Source: the human T2T-CHM13v2.0 reference genome, Homo sapiens
DNA length: 64,000 bases
NCBI RefSeq assembly: GCF_009914755.1
Contig: NC_060925.1
Strand: one strand, 5' to 3'
Positions 13,276 to 27,964 of the stretch are shown in pieces. Position 1 is the first letter of the stretch, and every line of letters starts with the position of its first letter. A model generated the notes under the pieces. It was not told the DNA's origin and did no database searches. It saw nothing but the letters and a program-made list of their open reading frames with translations. Made by a program: the position numbers and the translations under genes.

Positions 13276-14457
13276 TAGGTGAATTTGTGAAACGACTTCA
13301 GACAGGAGCTCCTTCTGGATCTTGTTCTATGCCAGCTAGACCAGACTCCAGGAAAACAAGGCTGTCATTATTAGAACAGATTAGAACAGGTGCTACTTGG
13401 GCCATGTTACTTTTAGAGTAAGTCCTTTGGGAGTTTTGGAAAGAAGCAAAGTTTCTTTTAAGTGTCTTTTTTTTTTTTTGCTTTGGTTCTCTTTTTCCAT
13501 TAATGATAAGCCTTTCTTCCACTGAGGTCCCAGGACCCCTCTGCTCTATCTTCTACCTTTCAAAGGATTTGATAAACTAGTTTATCCTATGATGAATGCA
13601 TTATCCCTTCCAGGGGAATTTAATAAAAACAAGAAGTGTCAATTCAAATGAGTGATAGACCTTTAGTGTTGGATCTTCAGTTTGCAGGCAGCCTGATAAT
13701 AGAGGTATTTTGGGGATAGGGCTGGGAGAACAGGAAAGGTATTTCCATTTTGCTGAAGCTCCACAACAAAAACAATTGTCCTCTCTGCTTGCCTGTAAAA
13801 CTGTCCCAGCTTATATTTGTGATACAAATGTAGAATCATAAAAGCAGGAAACCTATGTCTGTTTGGCATACTTTGGTCCTAGGTTATATGTTGCCATGCA
13901 TTTTCTTCCAAATATTTCATGTGTGTTCATCTTCTCCCTTCAGGGATGCAGACTCCATTAGTTGATGCGGATTGCTCAGGGAGCATGTTTGTCTGAAATG
14001 ACCAGAGTTCAAAGAAGCCAGTGCAGGAATCAGCTGGCTCCCTTATGGCTCAGTTCTCCCTAGTGTGGACTTGCACTGTCATGAGAAAAGTTCAAAGGAC
14101 CCAGGCCACTTGACTGTTTCTCCTAAGGTCACACCATATCTGTGGTAGGAGCCCACAGTCTAGCTCGATCTCAGGTTCCCAACGCCCCAAATAAGGCTTT
14201 GTTTTGGTTTTTGTTACCATGCATCCCAGTCTGAAATATGGACTAACTTACCTACCACAAGATGTCTGGTGACTATGTGGTGATTTTCTTAGCCTGAAAC
14301 CTGATTTACACATGATCACATGCTGGCTCTGCCTGTAACCTCACCAAGGGCTGGTTCTCTAACTGGCTTTGCTGCCCAAAGGAGAAAGAATGAATCTCTA
14401 TTTCATAACCTTGTTGAAGACTGTAGCTCTTGAGAAGTCGAGATAACTTTGTTCTTT

Positions 14458-14940
14458 GATCAGACATTTACTACATGCTGGCTAAGTGCCAGGCACTATG
14501 GAAAGGCTGGAGATTCAAATATACATGGGTCAGTCTCTGTCTTCAAGAAGCTAACAGTCTGGTGAGGAAGAACATAGAGCTGTGATATATTCTGATGTAT
14601 GTCATGCACTATCTGTGTGGATTAGATGCTATAGGAGTCTTGAAGTGGGAAAAATTAGTTTCATTTGGAGAGGAGTTGGGAGCTGTCTTCATAGATGAGG
14701 TGTGACATCTAGGCTGGGCTTGAACATAAGCATGGAGTTAGAGGAGGGAGGAAGATATTTGCATGAGAAAAAACACAGAGTTACGAACATGTCCGACATG
14801 TCTGGAAAATGTAGAGGCTGAGTGTGGCCACAGCATTGAATGAGCAGATTGGGGGAAAGATAAAAAATTCAGTAAAAAATTGTAGGTAGAACCAGATTGT
14901 GAAAGGTGATCATTGTCAAAGGAAGTTATTTGAATTGATA
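14458..14940 (-). mobile_element. L2
   Basis: gtgccaggcact...tctctgtcttcaagaagctaacagtctgg. Confidence 0.75.
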
Positions 14941-15164
14941 AGATGTATACATGAGAAAAATAAACATTGTTGCTATTTTATATGTATGGTAAAGGTAGAC
15001 ATCAAAAGAGAACAGTATTTATTATTACTATTAGTTCCTTAAAAGCATTAGTAGTTATTTGTTTTGCTCCTATTAGCATCATTCTGTTTTGGGAAATGCA
15101 AGTATTTCTAATTTTTACTCAGGGCACTTTAATCCTGGAGTTTCTGTTTGGTTTCATCTGGTAT

Positions 15165-15275
15165 TATTGAAGGAGGAAAATGTGATACAGACATGAAATG
15201 ATTTAGCAAAGGTCACATGAGGAAGTGGCAGAAATGAAATATGAGCCGAGGACTTCCAATTCTATGCCCTGCACT
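15165..15275 (-). mobile_element. MIR fragment
   Basis: gatttagcaaaggtcaca...aagtggcaga. Confidence 0.55.
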
Positions 15276-15704
15276 TGTCAAACACAGCAGAACCCAGGCT
15301 CTTTAATTCTGGGAAAGCTTGTGGTTTTATGTCCACAGGATGCTCCTGAACATCAAGCATGGAATCCTGTGTCAAAATGCCAATGGGTCAAATGAATGAG
15401 ATTGGAAACAGCAAGATGTGAGGATTTGCCAATGACAAACATCCCTACAACTAGAGGGCAGACTCAATGGTGCTCACAGAGCATGGGTGCAGAGAGCCCA
15501 GTGCTGTATGTCTCCCTTGCACAGCCATGCACAGATGGCTGAAGAGTTGGCTTAGACACGGTCGTTCTCCTTCTTTTCTCTGCTATGCTGCCTCTTAGCT
15601 TAGGCAGGATTTCTGTCTCCTCAGTGGCCTTTAGTTTCTCCACTAAGAGTGAGAAAAATATTTTCTTGGTATTTTCAGAATATATAACAATAGTTGTTTT
15701 GATG

Positions 15705-15810
15705 TTGATGATATTCTGAGACTCCTAGAAATTAAATAATTTGCCTCAAGTCATATAGTTAGTCAGTGGAAGAGCTAAATTTGGATCCCAGTCTGTGTAA
15801 CATCAAGGTT
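15705..15810 (-). mobile_element. MIR fragment
   Basis: taatttgcctcaagtcatatagttagtcagtggaagagc. Confidence 0.65.
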
Positions 15811-16229
15811 TGTCAAAACTATTATCCTTTTCTGCAACATAAAGGTGCTTCCAGGTCAGAATTTCCTTTGTTTCTAAGCCCAACTTATCTGGGGCTCTGC
15901 CTACACACTACATAGCATCAGTAGCTCCTTGGAGGAGTGTGAGTGTGGTGGGGGTAGTGGTGGGACTGTGGCTACTCTTTCACGTTGGAGAGATGTTCAG
16001 ATTTGAAAGTAAGCTAGCTCAGATGTTTCTCAATTATAATAATCATAAAGTAATCATAAAGTAATTATAATAATACCTTACATATGGTTTGAGCTTAATG
16101 GTTTCCAAAGCATTTTATTTGCATAATCTAATTTATCACTCCTTGGCTTGGTGGATAGAGTGAGTATTATCCTTAAGAGAACTGAAGAACAGGTTGAAGG
16201 TTGAATAGAAATTTAGAAGAACTGAATAG

Positions 16230-16416
16230 ATTTGAAATATTTTTAATTACAATCCACAATAGAAAATATATTTTCTGTTGTGATTCAGGATAATACCCTC
16301 TAGTGTGATCTATTTTATCCTATTCTATTTATTTCAGTAAAGAATGTTGGTCACAATCCAATAAATTGATTATATAATATGCTAACCAATTATGACTTTC
16401 AGTTTGAAAAACACTG
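16230..16416 (+). mobile_element. hAT-Charlie (Charlie4-like) fragment
   Basis: ctattctattttattt...taaattgatt...cagtttgaaaaacactg terminal repeat. Confidence 0.65.
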
Positions 16417-18454
16417 GATAAGAAAACCTATTAAAGTTTCTCCTACTGCAATGTGATTATGATTCCATGATATGGTGGAGTGTGGAATCATGAATTGTTC
16501 ATGCCATATCAAAACAAGTTTGAACTTTGAAGTAGAGTGAGGGCAGTGATCTCTTGCTCTTTCCTACTCTGCACCCCTGAATCTGATTTTCAAGGGCAAT
16601 CACTTTCAACCCCTGATATTTGCCTCCCTCTTTCTAAGTAATGCTCTTAGACTGTTAGTTTTTAATATGTCAGTTTCAAACATTAGCGAATGAGTTTTTG
16701 TACAGCAACCTCCACTCATTAAAGTATTGAATTGACAGATGTCAAGATGGCAGCTCTATTGCTCCTGAAGCTATTGAGGAACATGGCTTATGTGTGCTGG
16801 ATTTATGAATACCAATCTCCTGAACAAAACAGACCTCACCCCCAGTCACAGGCAATGCTGCTTCCCTTCTCAGGAGCAAAATCAATAGCATGAGAGCAGA
16901 GAAGAATACATATTCTTTGCAGGCAGGAAGATACCACAAAGAGAGTGAGAGGAGGAAAGGGCTGGATTGGATGTGTTCTATTCTCCCAAATTTACCATCC
17001 ACAAAACCCAGTCTTCTTCTGGAGAGAAGAAAGTGAGAAGTGACAAGTGGCTCAGAAGGCTCTGCTAGGTTATGTCATCCACAAGGAAACTCACAGAATG
17101 GGAGACACACTTGGGCATGCATCCATCTAAGTTCTAAATAAACAGTTCAGGAGAAAATCCTACTTCTCTGGACTCAAAGCAGGAAATATGACTTTGAATA
17201 GCTGGTTAAAGGAAGCAGAAACATCTTAGTTAGATAATTTTTTTGGATTATTGGCCTGGCTCAATATTGCTGTTTAATTGTGTTTTACCATTCAAAACCT
17301 TATTACCAGATGCTCAGGTCTGGGAAACCCAATTGTTAACATCATTGCACAAAATTAAATTAAATTTCCAAAGCCACATAAATATTAAGACAAAGCTATG
17401 GGTATGTCTGAACATAAATTAGACTGAAACTTAGACTGAATACTCTAAGAATGCTAGGCTTCTAAATGTCATTACTTAATTCACCGATCATCTAAGGTGG
17501 GGAGTGGAGTCTGTTCAGCACCACCAGCTGATTTTGGCATTGTTGTTAAGACCCAGACTAGAAATCAAATCTACAGCAGACAATGAATTAGGGCTATGTG
17601 TTAGGCTTTTATCTGAAGCCACAGACCAAATCTTGGAATCATTCTTAAAGGTCTGACTGCAATGGGAGGCCACACACAACACATAGGCACAATAGCATTA
17701 GGGCCTTCCAAGTTAAGCATGAGAAATTTAGTCATTTAATTATATGGCCTGTGCAAAAGATGAGATTGCCAACAGAACAGTATTCTGTTGCATTTTCCTG
17801 ACCCTTGGGGATTACATTTGCAACTTGCACCAGCAAAACTTTTGGCATTTAATTCTATTAAAATCAAAGAGCCAAATTTCTGCCTCCTGTTACATGAGCA
17901 CAGTTCTTACTGACGTCAATGCAAGCTGTGCATGCATAACTGAGGGCAGATTTTGGCCTGGGCTATAGACATGTGAGAGCTGGCACACCATACTCACATC
18001 AGAACTCTGTCCCACCCGGCCTTCTGATAACACGGCCTCCTCATTCGTCACTCTCTCTGCACACACTGGGAGCTGGGCCTTAACCCAAAACATAAATTAG
18101 AAGCATCATCTAATACAGAAATCTAAGCCGGATGCAAATTTAATGTAGATGTGGCACAAGCAACCTGAGTGGGGAACCATCTAACTGTAAATTTCAGCAA
18201 CAGATTATGGGTCAGCTCCCCTTGAAGCAAACTCAGTGTCATTTCTGATTTATGCATTTAATTAGGTAGGTGAAGGAGGCTTGCACCCACTTCCATCTTA
18301 CTCTTTGATTTTTACACTTGAGAATGCACTGCCTACACTAAAGTCAGGCCCCAAAATGCTAAAAATATTACTGTGCCTGGTACAGGGCCTGGGTCAGAAG
18401 ATACAGCCTGGTGAATACTTATTGGATGAATGGATTTTTGTAAGGCAAGAGATG

Positions 18455-18975
<521 letters not shown>

Positions 18976-19121
18976 TGAAGTGCCTCTCAGTTAAAATATA
19001 GGTATTGTTTATTACCAATTAGTTATTAGTCAAATAATATTTATTGACAGCTGGGCAATCCCACTGAGAAAGACAGAAATATCTTACCAGTTAGAAAAAA
19101 ATAAATAAATTTTGGTGTGAA

Positions 19122-19254
19122 TTTTTTTTTTTTTCATTAGAGATGGGTGGTGCGATCATAGCTCACTGCAGCCTCAAACTCCTGGGCTCTAGCGATCCTC
19201 CCGCTCCATCTTCCTGAGTAGATGGAAGTATAGGCATGAGCTATTATGCCTGGC
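19122..19254 (-). mobile_element. FLAM/AluJ-type monomer
   Basis: Poly-T plus gatcatagctcactgcagcctcaaactcctgggctc. Confidence 0.85.
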
Positions 19255-19409
19255 TCTGCAGTGAATTTGTAGGACAAATTTTACATGTATCACATTTAAA
19301 CAAATTTTAAGGTTACACTGACTATTCAACTAATGTTTCTGTAGTCACTGTTTTATTTATAAATTAAATATATTCAGGCTATGACAATGTTAGGAGGATT
19401 ATTACAACT

Positions 19410-19553
19410 TTTTTAAATTTTATTATTATTATACTTTAAGTTTTAAGGTACATGTGCACAACGTGCAGGTTTGTTACATATGTATACATGTGCCATGTTG
19501 GTGTGCTGCACCCATTAACTCATTATTTAGCATTAGGTATATCTCCAATGCTA
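19410..19553 (-). mobile_element. Young L1PA 3' end, severely 5'-truncated (~145 bp)
   Basis: ttattatactttaagtttta...gtacatgtgcacaacgtgcaggtttgttacatatg; flanks tacaact(t/g)tttttaa on both sides. Confidence 0.95.
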
Positions 19554-20149
19554 TACAACTGTTTTTAATATGGGTAGTAGCCATTTTTTTCTTTATGGGA
19601 GCATGTCAGAAGCTATAGTTGAGTTTAATAAATATATATGATTTGATATATAAATATTCACTTTTACATAGAGGTTTGAGGGGCACACCTACAACCAGAA
19701 GATGAAACCTTTGTCCTTGCCCAAAATTCTACAGGCAAAAATGGGAAGAGAATGGTCCTGGTCTCAGAAGTTACCTGGTCTGTGTGGAGGAGTTTTTGAG
19801 CTTTGGTTTGGTTTTTGTATTGCCGAGTGTTCCTTTACGAGGCCTGTGGCTCAGCAACAGGCCTGTTTCTCATTCTGGGCACCTCGTTGTCTTTGGTGTC
19901 AGTTGGAAGTTCCTTACTTTGTCCTCCTACACTATGAACCCAGATTTCCTCTTTAGCTTATTGCTCATGAAGTCATCTCAGAGATGTCCCTTGTTGTGGT
20001 GGACAAATGATGAGCCACGGGAATCTAGGAAGAGGTCGAATTTGACTGCTTCACATGAAATGGGGAAGTCGAGAAAGGGAGCCTAAGAAGAAAGGAAAGT
20101 AGGGAATACTATTTTAGCAATATTGAATTTGAGATGATGGTAACTCATT

Positions 20150-20262
20150 CAAGTTGTTTGGAGAGTGAGGCATGGGACTTGTCCACGGTCACATTACTCA
20201 AGAGTAACATGAGTGAGGACATGAATCCAGGACACTTAACCATCAAAACCTTTATACTAAAC
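20150..20262 (-). mobile_element. MIR fragment
   Basis: gacttgtccacggtcaca...gaatccagg. Confidence 0.45.
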
Positions 20263-21269
20263 ATCCCAAAGCATGGCATAGGGCCAGAAACATTCCCTCA
20301 ACCTTTTTTTTTTAACTAGACAGAAAGAGATTTGGACTTACATCTATTACAATCCTATCCCATTGCCAGGACCTGTGACACATATATGTTCCATGTGGTC
20401 TTGCCTGTACTTAGAAATATTGTGTTGCTTTGGCTTTCATTATTACCTCTTTCACCAATGTGTCTAAGTCCCAGTTAGATTATATAAAGTCTTCACGTGT
20501 TATCTTCTACTTCTTTAGAATCTCTCACAGAGAACATTTTCTGTTCTCATTTAAAAAATTTCAGAGGCAATCTGTAGACCTTCATTTTGGGCTTCTACGA
20601 CCACCTAATGCAGAATTTATCTTCACAGTGTTCCTTAGTGATGGTCAGCAGCTTCTCTGTACATGTTTCTGGGGACAGCATATTTACTACCTCACAAGGC
20701 ATCTACTACATCATTACCAAAGACTTCTAATTATTAAAATATAAATAAATTATAAAGATGAAAAACTCGACTCTTAAGAACTTTGAGTCACTAGCTCTAC
20801 ATTTTGGAGCAGGGATTTCAATCTGGAGCCCCAAGGGGGATCTTTTTCAAAACTGTATTTTGCTTGACCCACAAGGTGTTTTTAAAAATAATGAGCCAAC
20901 ATTGAAGAAATTGAGAGTTTTCACACAAAAAAAAGGTTTTTGTGGCTCTTTTTGGAAAAGTATGGTCTTGAAATACTGCACCCACATTTCCACAGGGCAA
21001 CAATTAACTGGACCTTAGTGGGGGTTGCCTCCTTGAGATGAAGAACAAGTTCTCCAGGTCTCAACAGTCCTCCACTGCCTAGAGATTTGCATATCCTAGG
21101 GCTAATACTTGCCGTTCATTATCATGCATGTACTATCATTTTTTCAACATCTGGTTAGCTCCCTTATGTTACCTTTCTGAATCCTATAGGCAATTATTTA
21201 CATTTCTGAGCCCTAGAATTGGGCAGCACAGACTAAATATGCATCTTTCCCTACAGAAAAGACTGTTCA

Positions 21270-21440
21270 AATAATTGAAGTCCACTGTGTCTTTGGTCCT
21301 CTTTTTGTAAGGTAATAAGTTTCAGTTCCTTCTAGTGCCATCACTGCTCTGCACATCCCTTTAATTGTCTAGGCCTCTTTTAAAACATAGTACTCAGAAT
21401 TGAACACAGTGGTGGAGAGTTGGAATCACAGACTCCCATT
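21270..21440 (-). mobile_element. L3/CR1-like fragment
   Basis: tcagttccttc...tcttttaaaa...cagaattgaacacagt resembles antisense CR1. Confidence 0.5.
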
Positions 21441-21696
21441 ATTCTTTTCAACTCTAAAGTTACCGTTTTTTCTTTTTTTTCTTTTTCTTTTCAGAGTCCG
21501 ATAAACCTTAAATGTTGAGTAGATCGGGTGGATATTTTCTGTTTTGTCTGCACAGTGTCCTTTTCCTCGGGGCATAGCACTCTCCTCTTCTCTGGGACCT
21601 GCTCCTCTCCAGGTCCCACTCTGGGAATTGCTAACTGCTTGTTAGCAATTCTCTCTCCTTAGCCACAGAGATTCATCCCAGCATAGACACCTATCA

Positions 21697-22233
<537 letters not shown>

Positions 22234-23787
22234 TTATTTCAGCCAGTGTATTACTATTACTTTCCCTTGTTTTTCTCCCTCCTTCTTTTTTCTCTCCCTT
22301 CATTCTTATTTCTTTTTACTTTTTTTCTAATATTAATTTACCTTGCTTTTCTCTAACTGGCAACTAAGTGAGAAAATCCTACCTAGCATATTGGGTGACG
22401 CAGAGGTGCTATGACTGCAGGAAAAGAACAAATAGTTACCTGGCTGAATGAGAAACTCTTCCCCTAATAGAGTTGATCATGAATTTTCTATGATTTCTAG
22501 TCTATTCCAATTAGTTCAGGAACATGTATTTTGGGAAACAATTATTTAATAATGTGACTTCAACTATGTCTTCTTAAATTCTTGTATCCAAAGACTAGTA
22601 AATTAACCATAAGTAATGGTTCAATTAAACTGACTAGAATTTTGGGCTATGTGGCAAGTCATGCCATAGTCTCATTGTAGATAATAATTGCCTTAATCTT
22701 TGCATATTCAGAATTCTGCCTCAAACTTATTCCAAAGATCTATAAAACTCTGCCAGGTGGTTTATCACACACATTTTGGGCAAGTGGTTTTTAGCTTATC
22801 TTTGGGCCTGGAGACATATATTTAAATGATCTTAGTGAAGAAAAGGGCAGGACTGTTTTGTGTGCTCTGATCTCTACTTCTGTGGAGTGTATTTATGATC
22901 TCCTGAGTTTGACTTCTAGCCCAGATCTGGCTTCCAGCTGGGGAGGGGAGACCATGGTGAACAGCTCGATCTACCAGCTCTCCTTCATAATGCTTCCCTC
23001 TCCTATACACAGAAAAGGATTCTGAGGCCAGAAAAAAACCATTGCAAGGAGAATTTGCCTAAGGGTTGGTCTTAATCACAGTCTATCATACTTTCTGGAC
23101 AAGTTGGCTAACCCATGGTTTAATTTACTGGGTGGATAACAACCTTTTGGGGTTGTGAGTAGCTTACTGTCCCTCTCTTAGCTTGTGGTAACTGAACAAA
23201 GGCTTGCAACATTTTCCTGGGTCTGAGTCGTGATGTGTCCCTCTGTGTGTATGTATGTATTAGGAGGTCATCATGTTCTTTCAATAATAAATGAGAACAG
23301 CCTGCTCTTGGTTTGGAATGTTTACACCCTTTTGCAATTTAATTAGAAATAAGGATTTTAAGATAAATGAGTGTGTGGGTTTACATGGATAATTGTACTC
23401 AAATCAAAGGAGAGGTGACATTTGTGAAAATTTTCACATTTAGAAATATGTATAAGTACATAAAAAGTTGTGAGGTTTTGTTTACCCTGTAAAAATAAGA
23501 TACCTTTCTAGATATTTTCTTCCTTTTCCCACATCTCTGAAATTGGAACATTTTCCTATTTACTTTTACAGTTCCATGTATTTTATTTCAAAAATAAGAA
23601 AAACAATAAGTTTATAGGTCAAACTAAATTAAACACAGTATATTATTTTGTTCCTAAGCAAAAGGAAAAAGTGACTTTAGATATGGAAAGGCACCAGAAG
23701 AAAAAACATTTCAATTTCCTAATATATGCTATTTCTAAAAGCTTTTTTCACTGTAATTGAATTTTAAAAGAAAAGTTAAACCTCTAA

Positions 23788-23876
23788 ATATGTGTACATA
23801 TTTATATATATACATTTATATATAATTTATTTATACATTTATATATAATTTATTTATATATATTTGTATACATATA
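23788..23876. repeat. TA-rich low-complexity tract with an exact 23-bp tandem duplication
   Basis: tacatttatatataatttattta x2 at 23811-23856. Confidence 0.9.
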
Positions 23877-26283
23877 AAACTAGTTAACTTAGTTCACATC
23901 CTATTTATGAACTCTTTACTGTTTGCAATAACACTTGTAATTTAGGCCTATTTATTTCAAATCTTTTTGAACAGTAACATGAATTCAGAAAATTTCTAGC
24001 TAAGATTAGAGGTACATTCTGCAGTCGTGCAATAAGTCAAATACAACCAGTTCCTACTGGCATTAACTTTTGATAATGATTCAATACCAATTTCCCCTAA
24101 CCTATGTATGTGATAACATAAATCTAAACCATGGTTACTGTTGACGTCATGGCTGACATGTCATTGAGAAGTCATCCGGAGGCAGCTTATTTAAAATATT
24201 GACTAATATGTGCTTTACTTTGCTAATAGCCTTAGCAAATTGGTTTTCCTTTACAGTATATTAGTACCCAGAAGGTTGCTAGGTTAGCATTAACTGCGTA
24301 CTGTCAACCTTACTAGTTTCCAAATGTTAACCATAAAATATGTTTTATTTTATAACATATATAGGCATATACAATATATTAATAAGTATATATAATAGAA
24401 TATATTAATATTTATAATAGAATAATATGATATATATTATACAATTATATGAAAGAAATAGAAAACCACTGGTAAGACTGACTCCAGAAGTTAAAAGCAC
24501 AGAAGTAGCAGCATGAAAGCAAATTCCCAGACTTAATGGAAAAGCTTTTTCTAACAGCTTTGTTATCTCTTAAAAGTTAGTGGCTTCTGATAAATATCTC
24601 CCTATTTTTTAGTTATCACGTTTAACAATTAGTCTCTATTATTTTGAATGGTAATTACAAAGAAACAAGAAATGACAGGTCTTTGCTATAAAATCTGTTA
24701 TTACTACAAAATTGATCTAGGTGAAGTTGTCCTGTCCCTCTTTGTCCCCATTTCCGTCCCTCAGGCCACTTTTTTGCAAACCCCAAATTTACATCCTCAC
24801 TTCTGTCCAAACTGATGAAACATTTAAAAAATCTACAGAAACTTAAAATGGGAGCAAACAAGCTAGTAATGTACTACTGCCCCCTTGGCACTTGTAAGAC
24901 CTTTTCTCTCTTGCTAAAGTAATTTTCCAGTAAGAAATGGGGAAGCCTTTCTCAAGGTTATGTCAGTGCAAATGGTTGTAGAAGAGCCCAGAGACTCCAT
25001 TTTATTCTTTGTAATAGTCAGAGAAGAGTGATTGCTTCCTTGACTTTGTGGCCTTGACCATTCCTTAAGTGGCTGAGTAAAAAACAACAACATGTCTCAG
25101 AGGAGAGCTTTCTAATGGTTTTCCTGTGGTCCATTGCCCCTGGGGTGCTTCCATCACAGCGAGTCACCGTGGTGATGCCACAGTTTGAGCCTTCCTCTGA
25201 ACCTTTTGCAATAGTGACACTGATATCATTTATAAAATTAATGCACCCTGGTTCAGTGGCATAGTTGCTAAGAAAAGACAATCTCTTATGGAATACATGA
25301 GTGAAAAAACAATGAACATAGACTAACACAAAGAATAACTTCTGATGTAAGTTTTTTATTAAGCCTGGAATAGCTCTTAAGAAATAAGCAGGATTGACAC
25401 TTCTCATTTAATGTAGGAATGACCTACTAAGCAATGAACAAATCTTGCAAGTTTTGTCATTTACTATCCTCCAGACATCTGATTCAAGACTTGATAGCTG
25501 TCTGCACCACCCTTTCAGAATCTAACAAACAATTTGTTTGAAAGCATTGGAATGAGGTGGTGATGCCCCAAACAAGGTTTTTGCCCATATATCTTTAAAC
25601 TTAAATGATATTAGTGAAGTCTATGTTTGTCATTTGGTGTAGTACAAGTAGCTATAACATAGCTGTGAAGATAGGGATTGAGTTACTTGTATTCTCAGCA
25701 TTTCTGATGTACTTATTCTATCTAAAACTTTCTTCATTGGGAATGGCTAATGCAATTGATATGATCAATTTTTAATCAGCTTTTCTTAGAAAAAGATTTA
25801 TTTTGTTGGGTTATACCAAATAAGCTTGTATGTATTATTCTTAATAGTATCCTTACCTGTGTCTTGCTCCACCCTTGAACAACTAGATACTGCATCTGGT
25901 CAAACTTTCAAGTAAACAACAATCACTAGGTATGTTTCAGATGGTGGGGCAAGATATTAGGACAACAGTGCAATCTCTCCATATGAAAGGCAAGTAAGTG
26001 CTATGGAAGGTGTGCATGGCAAGACTAAGTTGTTTTTCTTTCAAACAACTTACTTCACATCTAATTGAAACATGACCTATTATTGGATCTTCCAAGTTAC
26101 TTGTGTGTCTTGATTATCAAGAGGACTTCCAACATTTAATTTGTGTGAAGAAAAGGGGTACAACATGATTAGGTGCCTGTAGAGTCCATGTCGTAGGTTT
26201 TTCTTCCAGTTAATAAAACCGGTTCATGTCCTGAGTATGATGCACCCAGTAATCTGTATAGTTAAACACTGGGGAATAAACAT

Positions 26284-26836
26284 TGTATTACTTGACTATT
26301 GCTGCTGAAATAAATTGCTGCAAATTTCGTGGTTTAAAATGACACAAATATATTACCTTGTAATTCTGCAGGTTAGAAGTTTGGGGTAGGTCTCACTTTT
26401 ACACTGGGTCAAAATAAAGGTGTCAGAGGGCTATGTTCCTTCTGGAGACTCTAGGAGAGAATCAATTTTTTGCCTACTCCACCATCCAGACACTGTTGAC
26501 ATCCCTTGGCTTGTGAACCTCATCCATCATCAAAGCCCATGGTGACTGGCTGAATCTTTCTTATATTTCATCACTCTGACAGTGATGAAGATGAGGCATC
26601 TTCTGCCACTCACTTCCACTTTAGAGAACCCTTTGATTACAGTGAACTCACCTGGATAATACAGGATAGCTTCCCTATTTTAAGATCAGCTGATCAGTAA
26701 TCTTAATCCCATTTACAATCTTAATTCTCATGTAACATAATTTCTTTCCATAATTTGCCATGTAACACAACATATTTACAGATTCCAGTGATTAGGAAGT
26801 AGACATCTTTGGGTGGCCATTCTTCTTTCTCCCACA
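26284..26836 (-). mobile_element. MaLR solo LTR (MLT1D-like)
   Basis: tgtatt...attgctgctg start; ttccttctggagactctaggagagaatc; ...cccaca end. Confidence 0.85.
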
Positions 26837-27544
26837 TTAACACAGAAAAATTTTAAGAGATGGTTAATTAGAATCATAAAAAAATTTAAAACATAGCCAT
26901 AGAGGTAGGTGTGAAATTTCCTGATTCTCACTATAAAACTCAGAACTTCTTAGTTAATATGTTCATTATTCCAGTGTGACATTGACCTTGTTCTTGTGCC
27001 ATAGCTCCAATATTGTGAAGTGAATTCTGGAGAAAGCAGTGTCTGTTCTTTGTAAGGATTAGGCAGAGGATTGGCTCTTGCCATTCTGGAAAGTCAAGTT
27101 CCATGCTCAGAAGGCAGATGTTGCAGAATGCCTCCTCAGATTAGGAATAGTTCATCAGTGGCAATTTTTGTGGGAGAAGAACATAGCAGGAAACAAGTAG
27201 TACAAATAAGCATTAAGCTCTGTTTTATTTCTTCTACAAGTGTATCATGAAATAAACATCTCTACAGAAGTCGGATGAAAAAACTCAGCATCAATGTCAG
27301 GACATAAGGAAGTCACTTGAAAGTTTTATTTCATGTACATTTTTTCATTAGGTTAATCTCTGGAAACTATGAAGAACTTCCTTAAGTTCATCTTGGTTAT
27401 GGTCATTCTGTGGTATGGTTCCATATCTTTACCCTCTATGACATACTGTGACACTGCTGGGGGAATTGACTGGCCAATATCAAACTCTTCTGTGTACACT
27501 AAGCAGCAATTTTTGAAAAGTCATCAGGAAAAAAATAAATAGCC

Positions 27545-27855
27545 TTGAAAAAATTTAAACAGTACAAAAGAGTGTATAATATGAATATTTCTCTGAATTT
27601 AGACTCCTATATTCTGTTTCAGAGAAACATTTTCCTGCATATTATTTCAGAGGCATCAATTTTCTGTGCATTCTTTTAGAATATTTCTATGCTATACATG
27701 CAGATATATAAATATATTCTGTTCTTTACACAAATGAAAGTATGTTATATACACTATTATGTTATCTTCCTTTTGTTCACTTAACTATATTTTCATGGTA
27801 TCCACATATCAGTAGATATAGATCACTTTTTCGTCTTGCTAATGGCTGTGGTAGT
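27545..27855 (-). mobile_element. Ancient L1ME 3' fragment
   Basis: tttacacaaatg...tatacacta...ttcacttaac...catatcagtagatataga. Confidence 0.65.
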
Positions 27856-27964
27856 CATTTAAGCACAGACTGTGTTCAGGATGGAGTCCACATTCAAATG
27901 CTTAGCTGCGTTCCCTGATGCTGTCTAGTTTTTTCTGTAGGAGCTAATCCAAGACAGAAGATCA

